This document shows positions 18,376-29,220 of a stretch of 35,104 nucleotides of DNA, in pieces (position 1 is the first letter of the stretch; each line of letters starts with the position of its first letter). The DNA is from Ghiorsea sp. Lineage in GTDB: Bacteria > Pseudomonadota > Zetaproteobacteria > Mariprofundales > Mariprofundaceae. A program made the translations under genes and the position numbers. The DNA lies in the NCBI GenBank assembly GCA_030950765.1, contig JAUZQX010000141.1, forward strand, positions 1 through 35,104, given 5' to 3'. The notes beneath the pieces were generated by a model. That model was not told the origin of the DNA, did not search any database, and saw only the letters and a list, made by a program, of their open reading frames with translations.

Positions 18376-20390
18376 TGTGAAACTCCTTCTGTATTTTCTG
18401 TGCCTACCGAGTCCACCCAGTCTTGGGCATCAACAATAATATCATATCGCTCGCGGGCGATGTGTTTAATGTGGTCGGCAAAGCTAGGATTATCCATCAA
18501 TACCCTACAAAAATCATGTTTGCTCATGGTGTATAATGCACAATAGGTTTTGGCATAGGTATTGGTGGGCAGATGCTGTGTACTCAACAAACTCAGCTCA
18601 CCAAAAATATCACCTTTCTCTAATGTTTTTAATACTTTGCCTTTTTCATTGCGAATTTCCACTGTGCCTATACGGATGACAAATAATTCATGCGCTTCGC
18701 TTTGTACGTCAACAATTTGGTCGCCTGCATCAAATGCTACCGACTTGAGCATAGAAGAAAATGCACTAAGCATGGTTTCATCGCTACCCTCAAACATGGG
18801 GATACTTCTTAAGGCTTGCTTGGATGAGCGGGTTGGCCAGCGGCGTTTACAACGCGGGGATAACAAATCAAACGAGGCTTTTGGCCCCCATGAACCAAAG
18901 GGATAATTGGGCAAGGTTTCGTCTTTTTCTTTGCCCCAAACATCCAAAATGGGTTGCACAATTTTCCAAGATGTTTCCACCAAGTCCGAACGCGAAAACA
19001 AAGATGCATCACCACGCATGCAATCAAACAACATGGTTTCATAACCAAGCCCTGGTTGATTCGTAAACGCATCCTCATATTCAAAACGCATGTTCACATT
19101 GCGCAAATTCATGGATGGACCTGGTCGTTTGGCAAGGAAGTGTAGTTCGATGCCTTCTTTGGGCTGAATACGGAAAATAAGCTGGTTGGCTTCAAGTTGT
19201 TCGGCAGCAGGTGTGCCACGAAAAGTGAAGTCGGGTGCTTGTTTAAATTGCACCACGATTTCCGTGGATTTTCGGCTCATACCTTTGCCTGAGCGTAGAT
19301 ACACAGGCACACCATCCCAACGCCAGTTATCAATGCGCAGCTTAATCGCAGCAAAGGTTTCGGTGTTGGAATCAAGGTCAACATGCGGCTCATCACGGTA
19401 TGCTTTGGCTGGCGTTCCATCCGGGTTAAACCCAGCATCGTATTGCCCGCGAACGGCATGGGTGTTCACTTCTTCGTGTTTTAAAATACGTACGGTATTA
19501 AGCAGTTTATGTTTCTCATTGCGAATCGCTTCAGCATCAAAAGATGTGGGCGGCTCCATGCATAAATATGCTAGCATTTGAAACAAATGGTTTTGAATCA
19601 TATCACGGATCACACCCGCTTTATCATAATAACCACCGCGCCATTCTACGCCAATTTGTTCATTGGCAGTGATTTGGATGTGGTCGATATGAGTATGGTT
19701 CCACAGTGGTTCAAACATGCCATTGGCAAAACGAAAGGATACAAGGTTTTGCACGGCTTCTTTGCCCAAATAATGATCAATGCGGTAAACTTGGCTTTCA
19801 TGCCAATAGGTGAGAATATCTTTGTTAAGTTTTTTTGCAGAGGCAAGGTCAGTGCCGAATGGTTTTTCAACCACAATACGCCGCCAACCTTGGCTTTCTT
19901 CATTTAAACTAGCACTTTGCAAACCTTTTGAAACCATGCTGACAATACTTGGCGGTATTGCCATATAAAACAACACATTGCCTTGCGTTTCATAGCGACC
20001 ATTAAATGCATCAAGAAAACGGCTTAAGTTTTGATAGGTTTTACCTTCTTCAAATGAGCCTTGTAAATAATGGATATTATCACAAAAGTTGTCCCACGAT
20101 GTTTCATCAAAGCTTTCCCTACGTGAATGTTTGTGTACATCCACACTGATTTTCTGACGGAAAGTTTCAGTGCTAAAGTCATCAATAGACAAACCTAAAA
20201 CCACGAAGTTGTCGGGCAATAAGCCATCACTATAAAGATTAAACAACGACGGAATGAGCAACCGTTTGGTTAAATCACCTGATGCACCAAAAATGACAAA
20301 GATGCATGGATCAGGTGCTGAACCATGACCACCCGTGGTGGAAAAAGAAGAATCTGTAGAGTTTTGTATCATATATTTCGCTTCTGTCAT
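18372..20390 (-). CDS. zwf: Glucose-6-phosphate 1-dehydrogenase with a C-terminal cyclic-nucleotide-binding-fold domain
   Basis: IFGASGDL, EKPFG, RIDHYLGKE, DMIQNHL and WRWDGVP motifs. An extra ~130 aa at the C-terminus contains LFVIRIGTVEI and GDIFGELSLL. Confidence 0.95.
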   Translation of the reverse strand: MTEAKYMIQNSTDSSFSTTGGHGSAPDPCIFVIFGASGDLTKRLLIPSLFNLYSDGLLPDNFVVLGLSIDDFSTETFRQKISVDVHKHSRRESFDETSWDNFCDNIHYLQGSFEEGKTYQNLSRFLDAFNGRYETQGNVLFYMAIPPSIVSMVSKGLQSASLNEESQGWRRIVVEKPFGTDLASAKKLNKDILTYWHESQVYRIDHYLGKEAVQNLVSFRFANGMFEPLWNHTHIDHIQITANEQIGVEWRGGYYDKAGVIRDMIQNHLFQMLAYLCMEPPTSFDAEAIRNEKHKLLNTVRILKHEEVNTHAVRGQYDAGFNPDGTPAKAYRDEPHVDLDSNTETFAAIKLRIDNWRWDGVPVYLRSGKGMSRKSTEIVVQFKQAPDFTFRGTPAAEQLEANQLIFRIQPKEGIELHFLAKRPGPSMNLRNVNMRFEYEDAFTNQPGLGYETMLFDCMRGDASLFSRSDLVETSWKIVQPILDVWGKEKDETLPNYPFGSWGPKASFDLLSPRCKRRWPTRSSKQALRSIPMFEGSDETMLSAFSSMLKSVAFDAGDQIVDVQSEAHELFVIRIGTVEIRNEKGKVLKTLEKGDIFGELSLLSTQHLPTNTYAKTYCALYTMSKHDFCRVLMDNPSFADHIKHIARERYDIIVDAQDWVDSVGTENTEGVSQ

Positions 20391-20454
20391 TTTTTACATT
20401 TTTTCATGCTGCTGCCACAAGGTAACAGCTAAGCTGAATAAGGTCACTGCAAAT

Positions 20455-20483
20455 AAAAAAGGCTCCACTTCAAGCAGAGCCTT
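20455..20483 (-). terminator. Intrinsic terminator after ppa
   Basis: Minus strand AAGGCTCTGC-TTGAA-GTGGAGCC-TTTTTT, about 20 bp after the ppa stop. Confidence 0.75.
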
Positions 20484-20504
20484 AATTTACAAGATGTGCA
20501 TCAA

Positions 20505-21032
20505 TTAATCGTTGTAACGCGCGATCGAATCCATGATTTCTTTTTTGGCTGCGGCAGCATCTGCCCAACCTGTAACTTTCACCCATTTATTGGACTCTAG
20601 GTCTTTATAATGTTCAAAGAAATGTTCGATTTGATCAAGCAAGAACTTAGGTAGACCTTCTGGGCCTGTCACATCTTCGTAAACAGGCGTTAATTTGGTG
20701 ATCGGCACTGCCAATACTTTAGCATCCATGCCAGCTTCATCTTCCATTTGTAATACAGCTACAGGACGACATGCAATCACAGAGCCAGGAACCAAGGCAA
20801 ATTCAGCAACAACTAATACATCAACAGGGTCACCATCTTCAGACAATGTGTTGGGTACAAAGCCATAGTTGCATGGGTAATGCATGGCGGTGTGCATAAA
20901 ACGGTCAACAAACACCGCACCTGAATCTTTATCCAGTTCATATTTGATGGGGTCGGCATGTTGTGGCACTTCAATCACCACATTAATTTCTTCGGGTGTA
21001 TTCTTACCTGCTGGGATTTTACTGAGATCCAT
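20505..21032 (-). CDS. ppa: Inorganic pyrophosphatase, family I
   Basis: KYELDK, YPCNYGF, DGDPVDV and [10 protein letters not shown] motifs. Confidence 0.98.
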   Translation of the reverse strand: MDLSKIPAGKNTPEEINVVIEVPQHADPIKYELDKDSGAVFVDRFMHTAMHYPCNYGFVPNTLSEDGDPVDVLVVAEFALVPGSVIACRPVAVLQMEDEAGMDAKVLAVPITKLTPVYEDVTGPEGLPKFLLDQIEHFFEHYKDLESNKWVKVTGWADAAAAKKEIMDSIARYND

Positions 21033-21096
21033 GATGTACTCCTAAAATTCTTTGCCACGCATTGTAAGAAGCTTTACATATAAAGAAAGCTTGAAT

Positions 21097-23199
21097 TTAT
21101 AACACGGTGAGTGCCGCATATTTCAACATCAAACGTTTTAAACCCACCGCATCAAACTCAATGGCAACACGCACCGCATCACCATCGCCTTCCAAGTCCA
21201 CAATCAAACCGTCACCAAAGCTAGGGTGATTCACGTACGCACCCACCGTAATACCTTGCGCGGATGATGTGGCTTTTGCTTGAGAAAACATGTGTGGTTG
21301 CTGAATTTTCTCCGATTTACAAAGCACATCATCATCCAAATCAGCTATAAACCTGCTTGGCATGGGGTATGTCATATCACCGAACATGCGGCGCAGCCTT
21401 GCTGAGGTTAAATGCAGGATATTTTCAGCCCGTGTCACCCCCACATACAAAAGCCTGCGCTCCTCAGCAATGCCAGCTTCGCCTTCATCCAAGGCTCGCT
21501 GATGTGGCAACATACCATCTTCCACACCTGCTAGAACCACCGTATCGAATTCCAAACCTTTGGCTCTATGCAGGCTCATCAAGTTCACTGCATCTTCATC
21601 ATCATTATCTTCTTCGCCGCTGACCATAAGCGCTGCCCTATCCATAAATTCGATGGGAGTAATGCCTGACTCTAAGGATAATTCAATATAATTTTGCAAA
21701 GTTTTGATGTTTTCCAAACGCGATTCAGATTCCACATCACCCAATGCTTTGAGGCTGTCGATATAACCACTCTTTTCGAGCAATAACATCAATCCTCGGT
21801 CAGCTTTATCTTCAATTTCGGGTTTCACCTCTTGCATCAACTGCAACAAAGGTAGTAGCTTTTTCATCGGTGCGGGTACGGACGTGGCTTGCAACATACT
21901 TGCAATCCAATCAGCAACCCTAAGCCCACTTGCACTCAACAATGTAGCAATCGTTTCCTGACCCTTAGCACCAATGCCACGTTTGGGTTTATTACAAACC
22001 CGCAACATATGCATACCATCCGCGCAATCATTAAGCAGTGCCCAAAATGCCAAAGCATCTTTGATTTCCATACGCGCGAAGAAACTTAAGCCCCCAATAA
22101 TACGGTAAGGGATGTCTTCTTCGCGAAATACCTGCTCAATAGCCAGCGATTGACGGTTGGAGCGGTACAACACAGCCATTTTTGACCATTGCACCGTGGC
22201 ATACCGCTCATTAAATAATTTCGCCATATGCCGTGCTTCGGCATATTCATCCACACACACATGAAACTCAGGTTTTAAGCCACCTTCTCGTGTGGCATTG
22301 AGTTGCTTAAGATGTCTATCTTCATTGTTGCTGATAATCGCATTGGCAAGTTTAAGTATCGATTCGGTAGAACGATAATTGTCTTCTAACTTATGGGTTT
22401 GCGCATTATTCCACACCTGCCCAAAGTCCAAAATATGACGCACATCTGCACCCCGCCAACCATAAATGGATTGGTCATCATCACCTACCACCGTGATATT
22501 CTGATGTTCTTGCGCTAGTAAACACAACCACTCATGCTGCAGCGGATTGGTATCTTGATATTCATCAACCAAAATATGGTCAAAGCGGGTAAACATCGCC
22601 GTTGCCACATCTTTATGTTCTCTAAGCAGACGCACACAATTCAATATCAAATCGGAGAAATCCATGCGTTCCAATTGTTTGAGTTCATCTTGGTATGCGA
22701 TATACAAATCTTTGAGGTCTAAACCGCTCCACAACATGGATTCAGCTTGTTCAGGCAGATAACCTGCATTTTTTTGCTGCTCAATCCAACTGGCTAAAAA
22801 TGAAGGATGCAATCTATCTGAAGGAATACTACGCGCTTTGAGTATGCGTTTGACCAATGTTTTTTGGTCATCACTATCAATCACCTGAAAACTTTTGGGG
22901 TAACCCAAAACATCAGCATAAGAGCGAAGAAAACGCAGGGAAATCGAATGAAATGTGCCTGAAATAACCCCACCGCCGCCATCACCAATCAAATCAGATA
23001 ATCGCTGTTGTAATTCTTTGGCGGCTTTGTTGGTAAATGTGACAGCGAGGATGCGATGTGGTGCATAACCACGCTGTGCAATCAAATGACCAATGCGATG
23101 CACTACTGTGCGCGTCTTTCCAGAGCCTGCTCCTGCCAAAATAAGCTGAGGGCCATCTTCGGCTTCGACCGCTTGTTGTTGTGCAGTATTAAGGCTCAT
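21097..23199 (-). CDS. uvrD: UvrD/PcrA-family DNA helicase
   Basis: AGAGSGKT, TFTNKAA, VDEYQDTN, VGDDDQSIYGWRGA, HRAKGLEF and EERRLLYVGVTRA motifs; C-terminal HPSFGDG domain. Confidence 0.93.
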   Translation of the reverse strand: MSLNTAQQQAVEAEDGPQLILAGAGSGKTRTVVHRIGHLIAQRGYAPHRILAVTFTNKAAKELQQRLSDLIGDGGGGVISGTFHSISLRFLRSYADVLGYPKSFQVIDSDDQKTLVKRILKARSIPSDRLHPSFLASWIEQQKNAGYLPEQAESMLWSGLDLKDLYIAYQDELKQLERMDFSDLILNCVRLLREHKDVATAMFTRFDHILVDEYQDTNPLQHEWLCLLAQEHQNITVVGDDDQSIYGWRGADVRHILDFGQVWNNAQTHKLEDNYRSTESILKLANAIISNNEDRHLKQLNATREGGLKPEFHVCVDEYAEARHMAKLFNERYATVQWSKMAVLYRSNRQSLAIEQVFREEDIPYRIIGGLSFFARMEIKDALAFWALLNDCADGMHMLRVCNKPKRGIGAKGQETIATLLSASGLRVADWIASMLQATSVPAPMKKLLPLLQLMQEVKPEIEDKADRGLMLLLEKSGYIDSLKALGDVESESRLENIKTLQNYIELSLESGITPIEFMDRAALMVSGEEDNDDEDAVNLMSLHRAKGLEFDTVVLAGVEDGMLPHQRALDEGEAGIAEERRLLYVGVTRAENILHLTSARLRRMFGDMTYPMPSRFIADLDDDVLCKSEKIQQPHMFSQAKATSSAQGITVGAYVNHPSFGDGLIVDLEGDGDAVRVAIEFDAVGLKRLMLKYAALTVL

Positions 23200-24996
23200 T
23201 TACCAACTCTTGGCATTCTCTTCACCATGTTTCACAATCAGTTTATGGTATGTTGAAAACACTGCATTTCGAGAAACAATTCCCAACACCTTTTTCGGGT
23301 TGTCTTTGGCAACCACAGGCATTTGCTCAAAGGCTTCTTGGTCTAAAATATCAACGGCATCCAACAGGCTATCATTTTCAGATAGGCAATACACATGTGT
23401 ATTGGCAACTTCAGATGCAACCACCACTTGGTCGGATGCGGAATCCAGCAACCATGCTTTCAAATCCTCAAAGGTGACAATGCCATGCATCTCACCTTCA
23501 TCATTCACCACAACCACGCAACCTTTGCCTGATGAAATATACACCTGTTTGAGCTCTTCAAGTTTTGCTGAGATATGTACCGATGGAATCGAGCGCCAAG
23601 GTAACCTTGAAACAGGCACTGCACGCATCCAAGAACGCTCCAGTGCACCTTCGGTATCCACCCCCTTCTCCTGCAATCCTTCCGTAATTACAGAGCCACT
23701 ACCAAACGAACGTTTTACCAAGGCAGCAACAACGCATGCCGTCATCAGAGGCACCATGATGTGATAATCATTGGACAGTTCAAATATCATTAAAATACTG
23801 CTCATGGGCGCTTGTACGGTTGCTGCCAACATCGCACCACATGCCACCAAAGCATACGCACCATACGACTCCGACCATGTTGGGAAAATACCATGCACAA
23901 TACCGCCATAAAGTGCACCCGCAGTTGCACCAACAAACAATGAGGGACCAATCATGCCCCCACCAAAACGACCACCCGAACAAATCACACTGGTCAGCAT
24001 CTTCATCACCAATAAAACACCTAAGAAAACAGCCAAAGGTAAATTGCTTCCGAGAATATTGGTTTCCACATTTTCAAGTAAAATGCCATCGACCGTGCCA
24101 TAACCAATGGACATAATTTCAGGAATAACCAAAGCACAAAGCCCCAACAACAAACCTGCAACAGCAGGTCTAAACATGGGTTGTGAAACATACGATTCAA
24201 AAAGTGCTCGTGACTTGGGTAAACTTTTCACCATCACGGCGGCTAATAGTCCGCAAAAAATACCTAGTCCAATATAAGCAGGGATTTCCCAACTTGAAAC
24301 CAAACGAAATTCAGGAATGGTAAACATGGGGAAGTTGCCCAACTCTGAACGTGTAATCACTGTCGCAATCACTGCCGACATCACAATCGGCGTAAACGTC
24401 GCAATCGCATAATCTGCAAGAATCACTTCCAGTGCAAACAATACACCTGCAATTGGTGCATTAAATGATGCTGCAATACCTGCTGCCACACCACAGCCCA
24501 GCATGGTGCGCATTTGTTTTTCACTCAATCCAAACCATTGCCCCAACAATGAAGCCAAAGAAGCACCCAGTGCAACGGTTGGTGCTTCCCTACCCATAGA
24601 TGCACCACTGCCCACAGAAACAATATTGGAAACAAACTCACCTGTCATTTTCCTAGCGGATATTTTACCGCCACGTTCGGCCAAAGCTTCAATTACACCA
24701 GGGATTACCCGTTCTTCACTTTGTGGCAACCAGCGTATGTTAATCCAGCCAACCAACAAACCACCCAACACAGGAGCCAATAAAAAAATAGACCAATGAA
24801 TCTCATGTAAAGCTTCAGACCATGTGCCTTCACCCGTCCAAATACGACTGACCCACTCGATACCAAAGCGTACCAACAAAGCGCCATAACCTGCCAGTAC
24901 ACCAACAACCAAGGCTAAAAGCCCTAGGTACAGGGTATCATGACTACGTAGCCACTTAGGAGCCATACGCAAACGTATGTATAGTTCAGGCAACAT
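23200..24996 (-). CDS. ClC-family chloride channel/transporter with two CBS domains
   Basis: GASMGREAP, GIAASFNAPIAG and AP...IFEL motifs, many TM helices, C-terminal CBS pair. Probable start ATG 24996, after the PTP stop. Confidence 0.92.
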   Translation of the reverse strand: MLPELYIRLRMAPKWLRSHDTLYLGLLALVVGVLAGYGALLVRFGIEWVSRIWTGEGTWSEALHEIHWSIFLLAPVLGGLLVGWINIRWLPQSEERVIPGVIEALAERGGKISARKMTGEFVSNIVSVGSGASMGREAPTVALGASLASLLGQWFGLSEKQMRTMLGCGVAAGIAASFNAPIAGVLFALEVILADYAIATFTPIVMSAVIATVITRSELGNFPMFTIPEFRLVSSWEIPAYIGLGIFCGLLAAVMVKSLPKSRALFESYVSQPMFRPAVAGLLLGLCALVIPEIMSIGYGTVDGILLENVETNILGSNLPLAVFLGVLLVMKMLTSVICSGGRFGGGMIGPSLFVGATAGALYGGIVHGIFPTWSESYGAYALVACGAMLAATVQAPMSSILMIFELSNDYHIMVPLMTACVVAALVKRSFGSGSVITEGLQEKGVDTEGALERSWMRAVPVSRLPWRSIPSVHISAKLEELKQVYISSGKGCVVVVNDEGEMHGIVTFEDLKAWLLDSASDQVVVASEVANTHVYCLSENDSLLDAVDILDQEAFEQMPVVAKDNPKKVLGIVSRNAVFSTYHKLIVKHGEENAKSW

Positions 24997-25000
24997 CAGT

Positions 25001-25483
25001 CTAATGTTGTTGTTTGAAATTCTGTAAACATTGAAGCAGCCCTTGTGCATTCAATATTAACATTTGGTAAGCATCTTCAAAACCACCCGCTCCGCCATAA
25101 TAAGGGTCTGGTACATCGGGTGTTTGTTCCATACCTTCAAAGGCGCGCATCATTATCACTTGTTCTGGTTTTACACCCATAGCTATCAAGTTGTATTGGT
25201 TATCGCTATCCATGGCTACAAACACATCCCAATCATGAATATTCCTTGGTGTAATTTGCTGCGCTTGATGCTTTTCTAGGCTTAAACCTTTCTCTACAGC
25301 TTTGCTGGCAGAACGTGGGTCTGCGCCCTTACCCACATGCCAATCGCCAGTGCCCGCTGATTCAAAATGGAACATCTGTGATAAACCTTGTTCCTCGGCA
25401 ACGGATTTCACCACGACCTCTGCCAAAGGTGAGCGGCAAATATTACCTAAACAAACAAATAGGACGCGCAATGGTTGATTCAT
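25001..25483 (-). CDS. Low-molecular-weight protein-tyrosine phosphatase
   Basis: VLFVCLGNICRSP, SAGT and VPDPYYG motifs. Start 25483 overlaps the tsaB stop (ATGA). Confidence 0.95.
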   Translation of the reverse strand: MNQPLRVLFVCLGNICRSPLAEVVVKSVAEEQGLSQMFHFESAGTGDWHVGKGADPRSASKAVEKGLSLEKHQAQQITPRNIHDWDVFVAMDSDNQYNLIAMGVKPEQVIMMRAFEGMEQTPDVPDPYYGGAGGFEDAYQMLILNAQGLLQCLQNFKQQH

Positions 25484-26118
25484 GCTAAGTTTTTCTCCGC
25501 TTGAGAGGCTTGTAAATATAAAGGTTCTACCCACATTTTATATTCGGCATCAGGCTGTAAGGCACGCACTTCTGCCAACAGCGCTTGCTCTCGCGTCTGT
25601 TCTAAAGGTAAAACCTGCCAGTCAGGCAGCTCAACAGGAATATCAGATAAGATCACATAGGATGAGGGTGTTAATGATAAGAATGATTCCCAAGTCAAAC
25701 ATTGCGGTGCTGAAACACATTTACCAGCGGAAAACTGCGCCGCATAAACCAGCCCTGAGCGAGCATCTTCAATCGCCCACAATTCACCTTCTAACATGGC
25801 TTGTTGTGCCGTAATGGCTAAAGATGACAGCGCATACACAGGTTTATGTAACGATGCATTCATGCCTGCAATCGTCGCACATGCAACGCGCAGTCCAGTG
25901 AAAGAACCTGGGCCTGTACCGACGGCAAACGCACCAATATCTTGCCACTGCAAACCTTGTTGTTGTACAACCTGCTCCAATAACGGAAGCAGTTCCCGCG
26001 AATGCGCGCGCGGTGTGTTCATACTCGCAGATATACTTTGACCATCTGGCAATAACAAACACACCGACGCACCCGACGCTGTATCCAAAGCTAAGATAGG
26101 TTTAGAAAACAGCGACAT
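25480..26118 (-). CDS. tsaB: tRNA threonylcarbamoyladenosine biosynthesis protein TsaB
   Basis: ILALDTA, HSRELLP, GPGSFTGLR and DAR motifs; EPLYL near the C-terminus. Confidence 0.95.
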   Translation of the reverse strand: MSLFSKPILALDTASGASVCLLLPDGQSISASMNTPRAHSRELLPLLEQVVQQQGLQWQDIGAFAVGTGPGSFTGLRVACATIAGMNASLHKPVYALSSLAITAQQAMLEGELWAIEDARSGLVYAAQFSAGKCVSAPQCLTWESFLSLTPSSYVILSDIPVELPDWQVLPLEQTREQALLAEVRALQPDAEYKMWVEPLYLQASQAEKNLA

Positions 26119-26137
26119 CGAAAAAAGACAGTTTAAA

Positions 26138-27379
26138 TCAGGTAAGCTGGCCGTATGAATGTAAACCAGACAAATACATGTTTACACCCACGAAACAGAA
26201 AATAGTCACCAAGAAACCTAACACAGCCCACCATGCCAATGTTTTACCCTGTAAACCATGTGAGAAACGAGCATGCAAATATGCGCCATACACAAGCCAT
26301 ACAATCAATGCCCAAGTTTCTTTAGGGTCCCAAGACCAGTAACCGCCCCAAGCTTCTGCTGCCCAAGCTGCACCAAGAATCGTTGCCAAAGTAAATGCTG
26401 GAAAACCAATCGCCACAGCTTTATAAGCTAGGTTATCCAATTGTTTTAATGATGGAAACACAGCCAACAATCTTGATTGCGAACCACTCTCTTCCAAACG
26501 ATTACGGAACAACCAAGCCATACCCGCTGCACAAGCCACAGCAAATGAGCCATAACCCACAAAGTTTAGCGGCACATGAATCTTCATCCAGTACGACTGC
26601 AATGCTGGTACAAGTGGTTTGATGTCTGATTGTCCAATCGACTCCAGCCAGATGGCGAAGAAAATACCTGCTGCCACAATCGGCATCACAAAAGCACCCA
26701 AACCACGTGCATTATGACGGCTTTCAAGCGTTAAATAAATTACACAAATCACACAAAACAATAAGATGAACACTTCATACAGGTTGGACACAGGTGCATG
26801 CCCAATATCACCACCCATTAACAAATATGATTCATACCAACGCAATAATAATGCAGAACCACCAGCATACACACCAATCCAAGCTGTTGCTGTACCCAAT
26901 TTGCCAATGAATGAATCAGGTGCAAAAAGATATGCAATATAACACAATGCTGAAAATAACATCGCCACATTCATGGTCATAACCACGTTGCCAGAAAATA
27001 GGTTTGACTGGTCTTCATAGGTAATCATGGCTTCAGACGGTTCAAACAAGGTATATAAACCCATCAATGCCACCATCAACACTGCACCATCAAACCAAGG
27101 CACTAAAATTTCAGAAAAACGAAAAGCACGAAACTTAGATGCAGATGTTGTAAAGGCATAACCCATGCCAACCACAGTACCACCAGCCATCCACTTCACA
27201 CCTTCAAGGCTAAACATTTGGAACACAAAGTTATCTTCCACATAACCATCACCTGCAAACATGGCCATAGCCGCCAAACCTGCCAGTAAACCCAAATAAG
27301 CCCAGTTGCGTATATGGGCAATCCGCCCTGTATACATCGAACTGGTAAAGCTAACTTTATCTGCTGTTATTGCTGTCAT
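26138..27379 (-). CDS. ccsB: Cytochrome c biogenesis system II heme channel (CcsA/ResC/CcsB)
   Basis: WWD domain WAAEAWGGYWSWDPKETW, plus PVSNLYE, PALQSYWMKIHV and GLHSY. Confidence 0.95.
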   Translation of the reverse strand: MTAITADKVSFTSSMYTGRIAHIRNWAYLGLLAGLAAMAMFAGDGYVEDNFVFQMFSLEGVKWMAGGTVVGMGYAFTTSASKFRAFRFSEILVPWFDGAVLMVALMGLYTLFEPSEAMITYEDQSNLFSGNVVMTMNVAMLFSALCYIAYLFAPDSFIGKLGTATAWIGVYAGGSALLLRWYESYLLMGGDIGHAPVSNLYEVFILLFCVICVIYLTLESRHNARGLGAFVMPIVAAGIFFAIWLESIGQSDIKPLVPALQSYWMKIHVPLNFVGYGSFAVACAAGMAWLFRNRLEESGSQSRLLAVFPSLKQLDNLAYKAVAIGFPAFTLATILGAAWAAEAWGGYWSWDPKETWALIVWLVYGAYLHARFSHGLQGKTLAWWAVLGFLVTIFCFVGVNMYLSGLHSYGQLT

Positions 27380-29061
27380 ACTTTCACTCCTTGTTCATAC
27401 GCGGTTTTGATTTGTTTTTCTAAGTCATCAAACTCTTGTTCAAAAGCAATAGGGTTACGGTTACTTATTCCTGTGACTTCCAATGTCACCTGCCCATTCT
27501 CTTCTTCTAAAACTTTTACCCATACTTTACGGTGTGCGACATAGAACATAATACACAAGCCACCAACCAATAGTCCACTACCAATCCACACCACATCCAT
27601 GCCGGGATCCTTGGCGAGTTGTAAACCTGTATAATAGGTTTGATCATAATCTTCCAATACTGGCACAAATGGCCAAGGCATATCTGGCAATACTTTTAAG
27701 GATTGAATAATACGATTACCCAGCATTGGCAAGTCATCTGGTCGACCATCAGGGTAAACTTCATCCAAAGCTGCGCGGAATGCATTCAAGTTTGCCTGTT
27801 GCGCCTCTTCTTGAGAAGCCGCAGCTTTGGCTGGTATTTTTCGGATAAATGCTTGAAACAGTTCCCACTCTTTAGGCTCTGAAAAGTCCAAGCCCAATAA
27901 GAATGTTTCGAAATCACGCGCATCTCCCGTTTTTGAAATCATCAAATAAGAACCTTGGTTCTGATCATTGGCAATAAACGGCTCCATAAAGCTGCGCACC
28001 AACACCGGTTTTAAACCTTTACCACGAATGACAAAATCAACAGATGGCCCCATATCTTTAAAATCTTTGGGCTCACCAGCTGCAGCCATGTTTTCAATAT
28101 TATAAGGGCGGAAATCCTTAAGCTCTAAGGTGACATCGGAATATGGGTCTTTAAAAACAGTGTATATTCTTGCGTGCCCCACATCAACATTGCCTGTTTT
28201 ATTTAAGCGGTGAAGCTTCAGTGTAATCTCTGAACCACCATCACCAAATGATGCTTGGTAAATACGAACACCTTTATAATACAAAGGTTCGTTCACAATA
28301 ATGTCCGAAGTCATCATTTCTTTACCATCTTCAAGAATGGTTAGTGTACTACGGAACTCGGATGGTGCGCCTGTGGAGAAGAAATTAATCTCAAAATCAT
28401 CACAGCGTACTTCGAATGGCATTTTCAAATAATCTGTAGACGTGCCTTTAAGGAAAGATATTTCACTTTCTTTACCACCTTCTGGCACTGCCATATTGCC
28501 ACGGAAGCCAAATTGAACACTCAGCCAACCGCCAATCAAAATCACCAACATCGCGGTATGGACAGTAATATAACCCCATTTATGAAAACGACCTTTATCA
28601 CCCCTAAGCCAAAGCACATTGCCCACTTTGGTTTCCATCCATTTCCAATCGGGCAGTGAAGTTTTGATGCTTGATATAGCTTTTTCTTTATCATCAAAGC
28701 TTAAATCAAACTTATGCTCAATATGTTTGCGTGCATTTTCGTTCATGGTGCCTTTGCGTTGCTTCATTTCCTGTAGGAAACGAGGCGTATTACGCAGTAA
28801 ACATGCAGCCAGTGAGAACATCAACAAGCCAAGAATGGTCATAAACCACCATGTATGATACATATCAAACAGACCTAAAGACCGGAATGTCCAATACCAA
28901 GTTGGCCCAAACTGATGTAAATAATCAACTTGGTCTTGGTTTTGCTTTAGCACCGTGCCAATGACAGAGGCAACTGCAAGTAAAACAAGTAATAATATAG
29001 CGACAGGCATAGAGCCTACACGATTAAGAATGGGTTTGAGTGTATGATGATAGAATGACAT
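27376..29061 (-). CDS. resB: Cytochrome c biogenesis protein ResB/Ccs1
   Basis: LAVASVIGTVLKQ, LGLFDMYHTWWF, G..ITVH, VNEPL..GVRIYQAS and TGLQLAKDPG motifs. Probable start 29061; coupled to ccsB. Confidence 0.93.
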   Translation of the reverse strand: MSFYHHTLKPILNRVGSMPVAILLLVLLAVASVIGTVLKQNQDQVDYLHQFGPTWYWTFRSLGLFDMYHTWWFMTILGLLMFSLAACLLRNTPRFLQEMKQRKGTMNENARKHIEHKFDLSFDDKEKAISSIKTSLPDWKWMETKVGNVLWLRGDKGRFHKWGYITVHTAMLVILIGGWLSVQFGFRGNMAVPEGGKESEISFLKGTSTDYLKMPFEVRCDDFEINFFSTGAPSEFRSTLTILEDGKEMMTSDIIVNEPLYYKGVRIYQASFGDGGSEITLKLHRLNKTGNVDVGHARIYTVFKDPYSDVTLELKDFRPYNIENMAAAGEPKDFKDMGPSVDFVIRGKGLKPVLVRSFMEPFIANDQNQGSYLMISKTGDARDFETFLLGLDFSEPKEWELFQAFIRKIPAKAAASQEEAQQANLNAFRAALDEVYPDGRPDDLPMLGNRIIQSLKVLPDMPWPFVPVLEDYDQTYYTGLQLAKDPGMDVVWIGSGLLVGGLCIMFYVAHRKVWVKVLEEENGQVTLEVTGISNRNPIAFEQEFDDLEKQIKTAYEQGVKV

Positions 29062-29220
29062 GGTGGCGTAGCATAGCCACATCAAGTTAAAGATAACATT
29101 AAAAAAAGAAGGTGGTTTTTTTAACCTTGCATATTCACCGCCAAAGCCGTGTTTTCCTTGCATGCAAGACCAAGACTCTTAATATACCCACTTAAAATAT
29201 GTATTAAAGGTGTCAAACAC

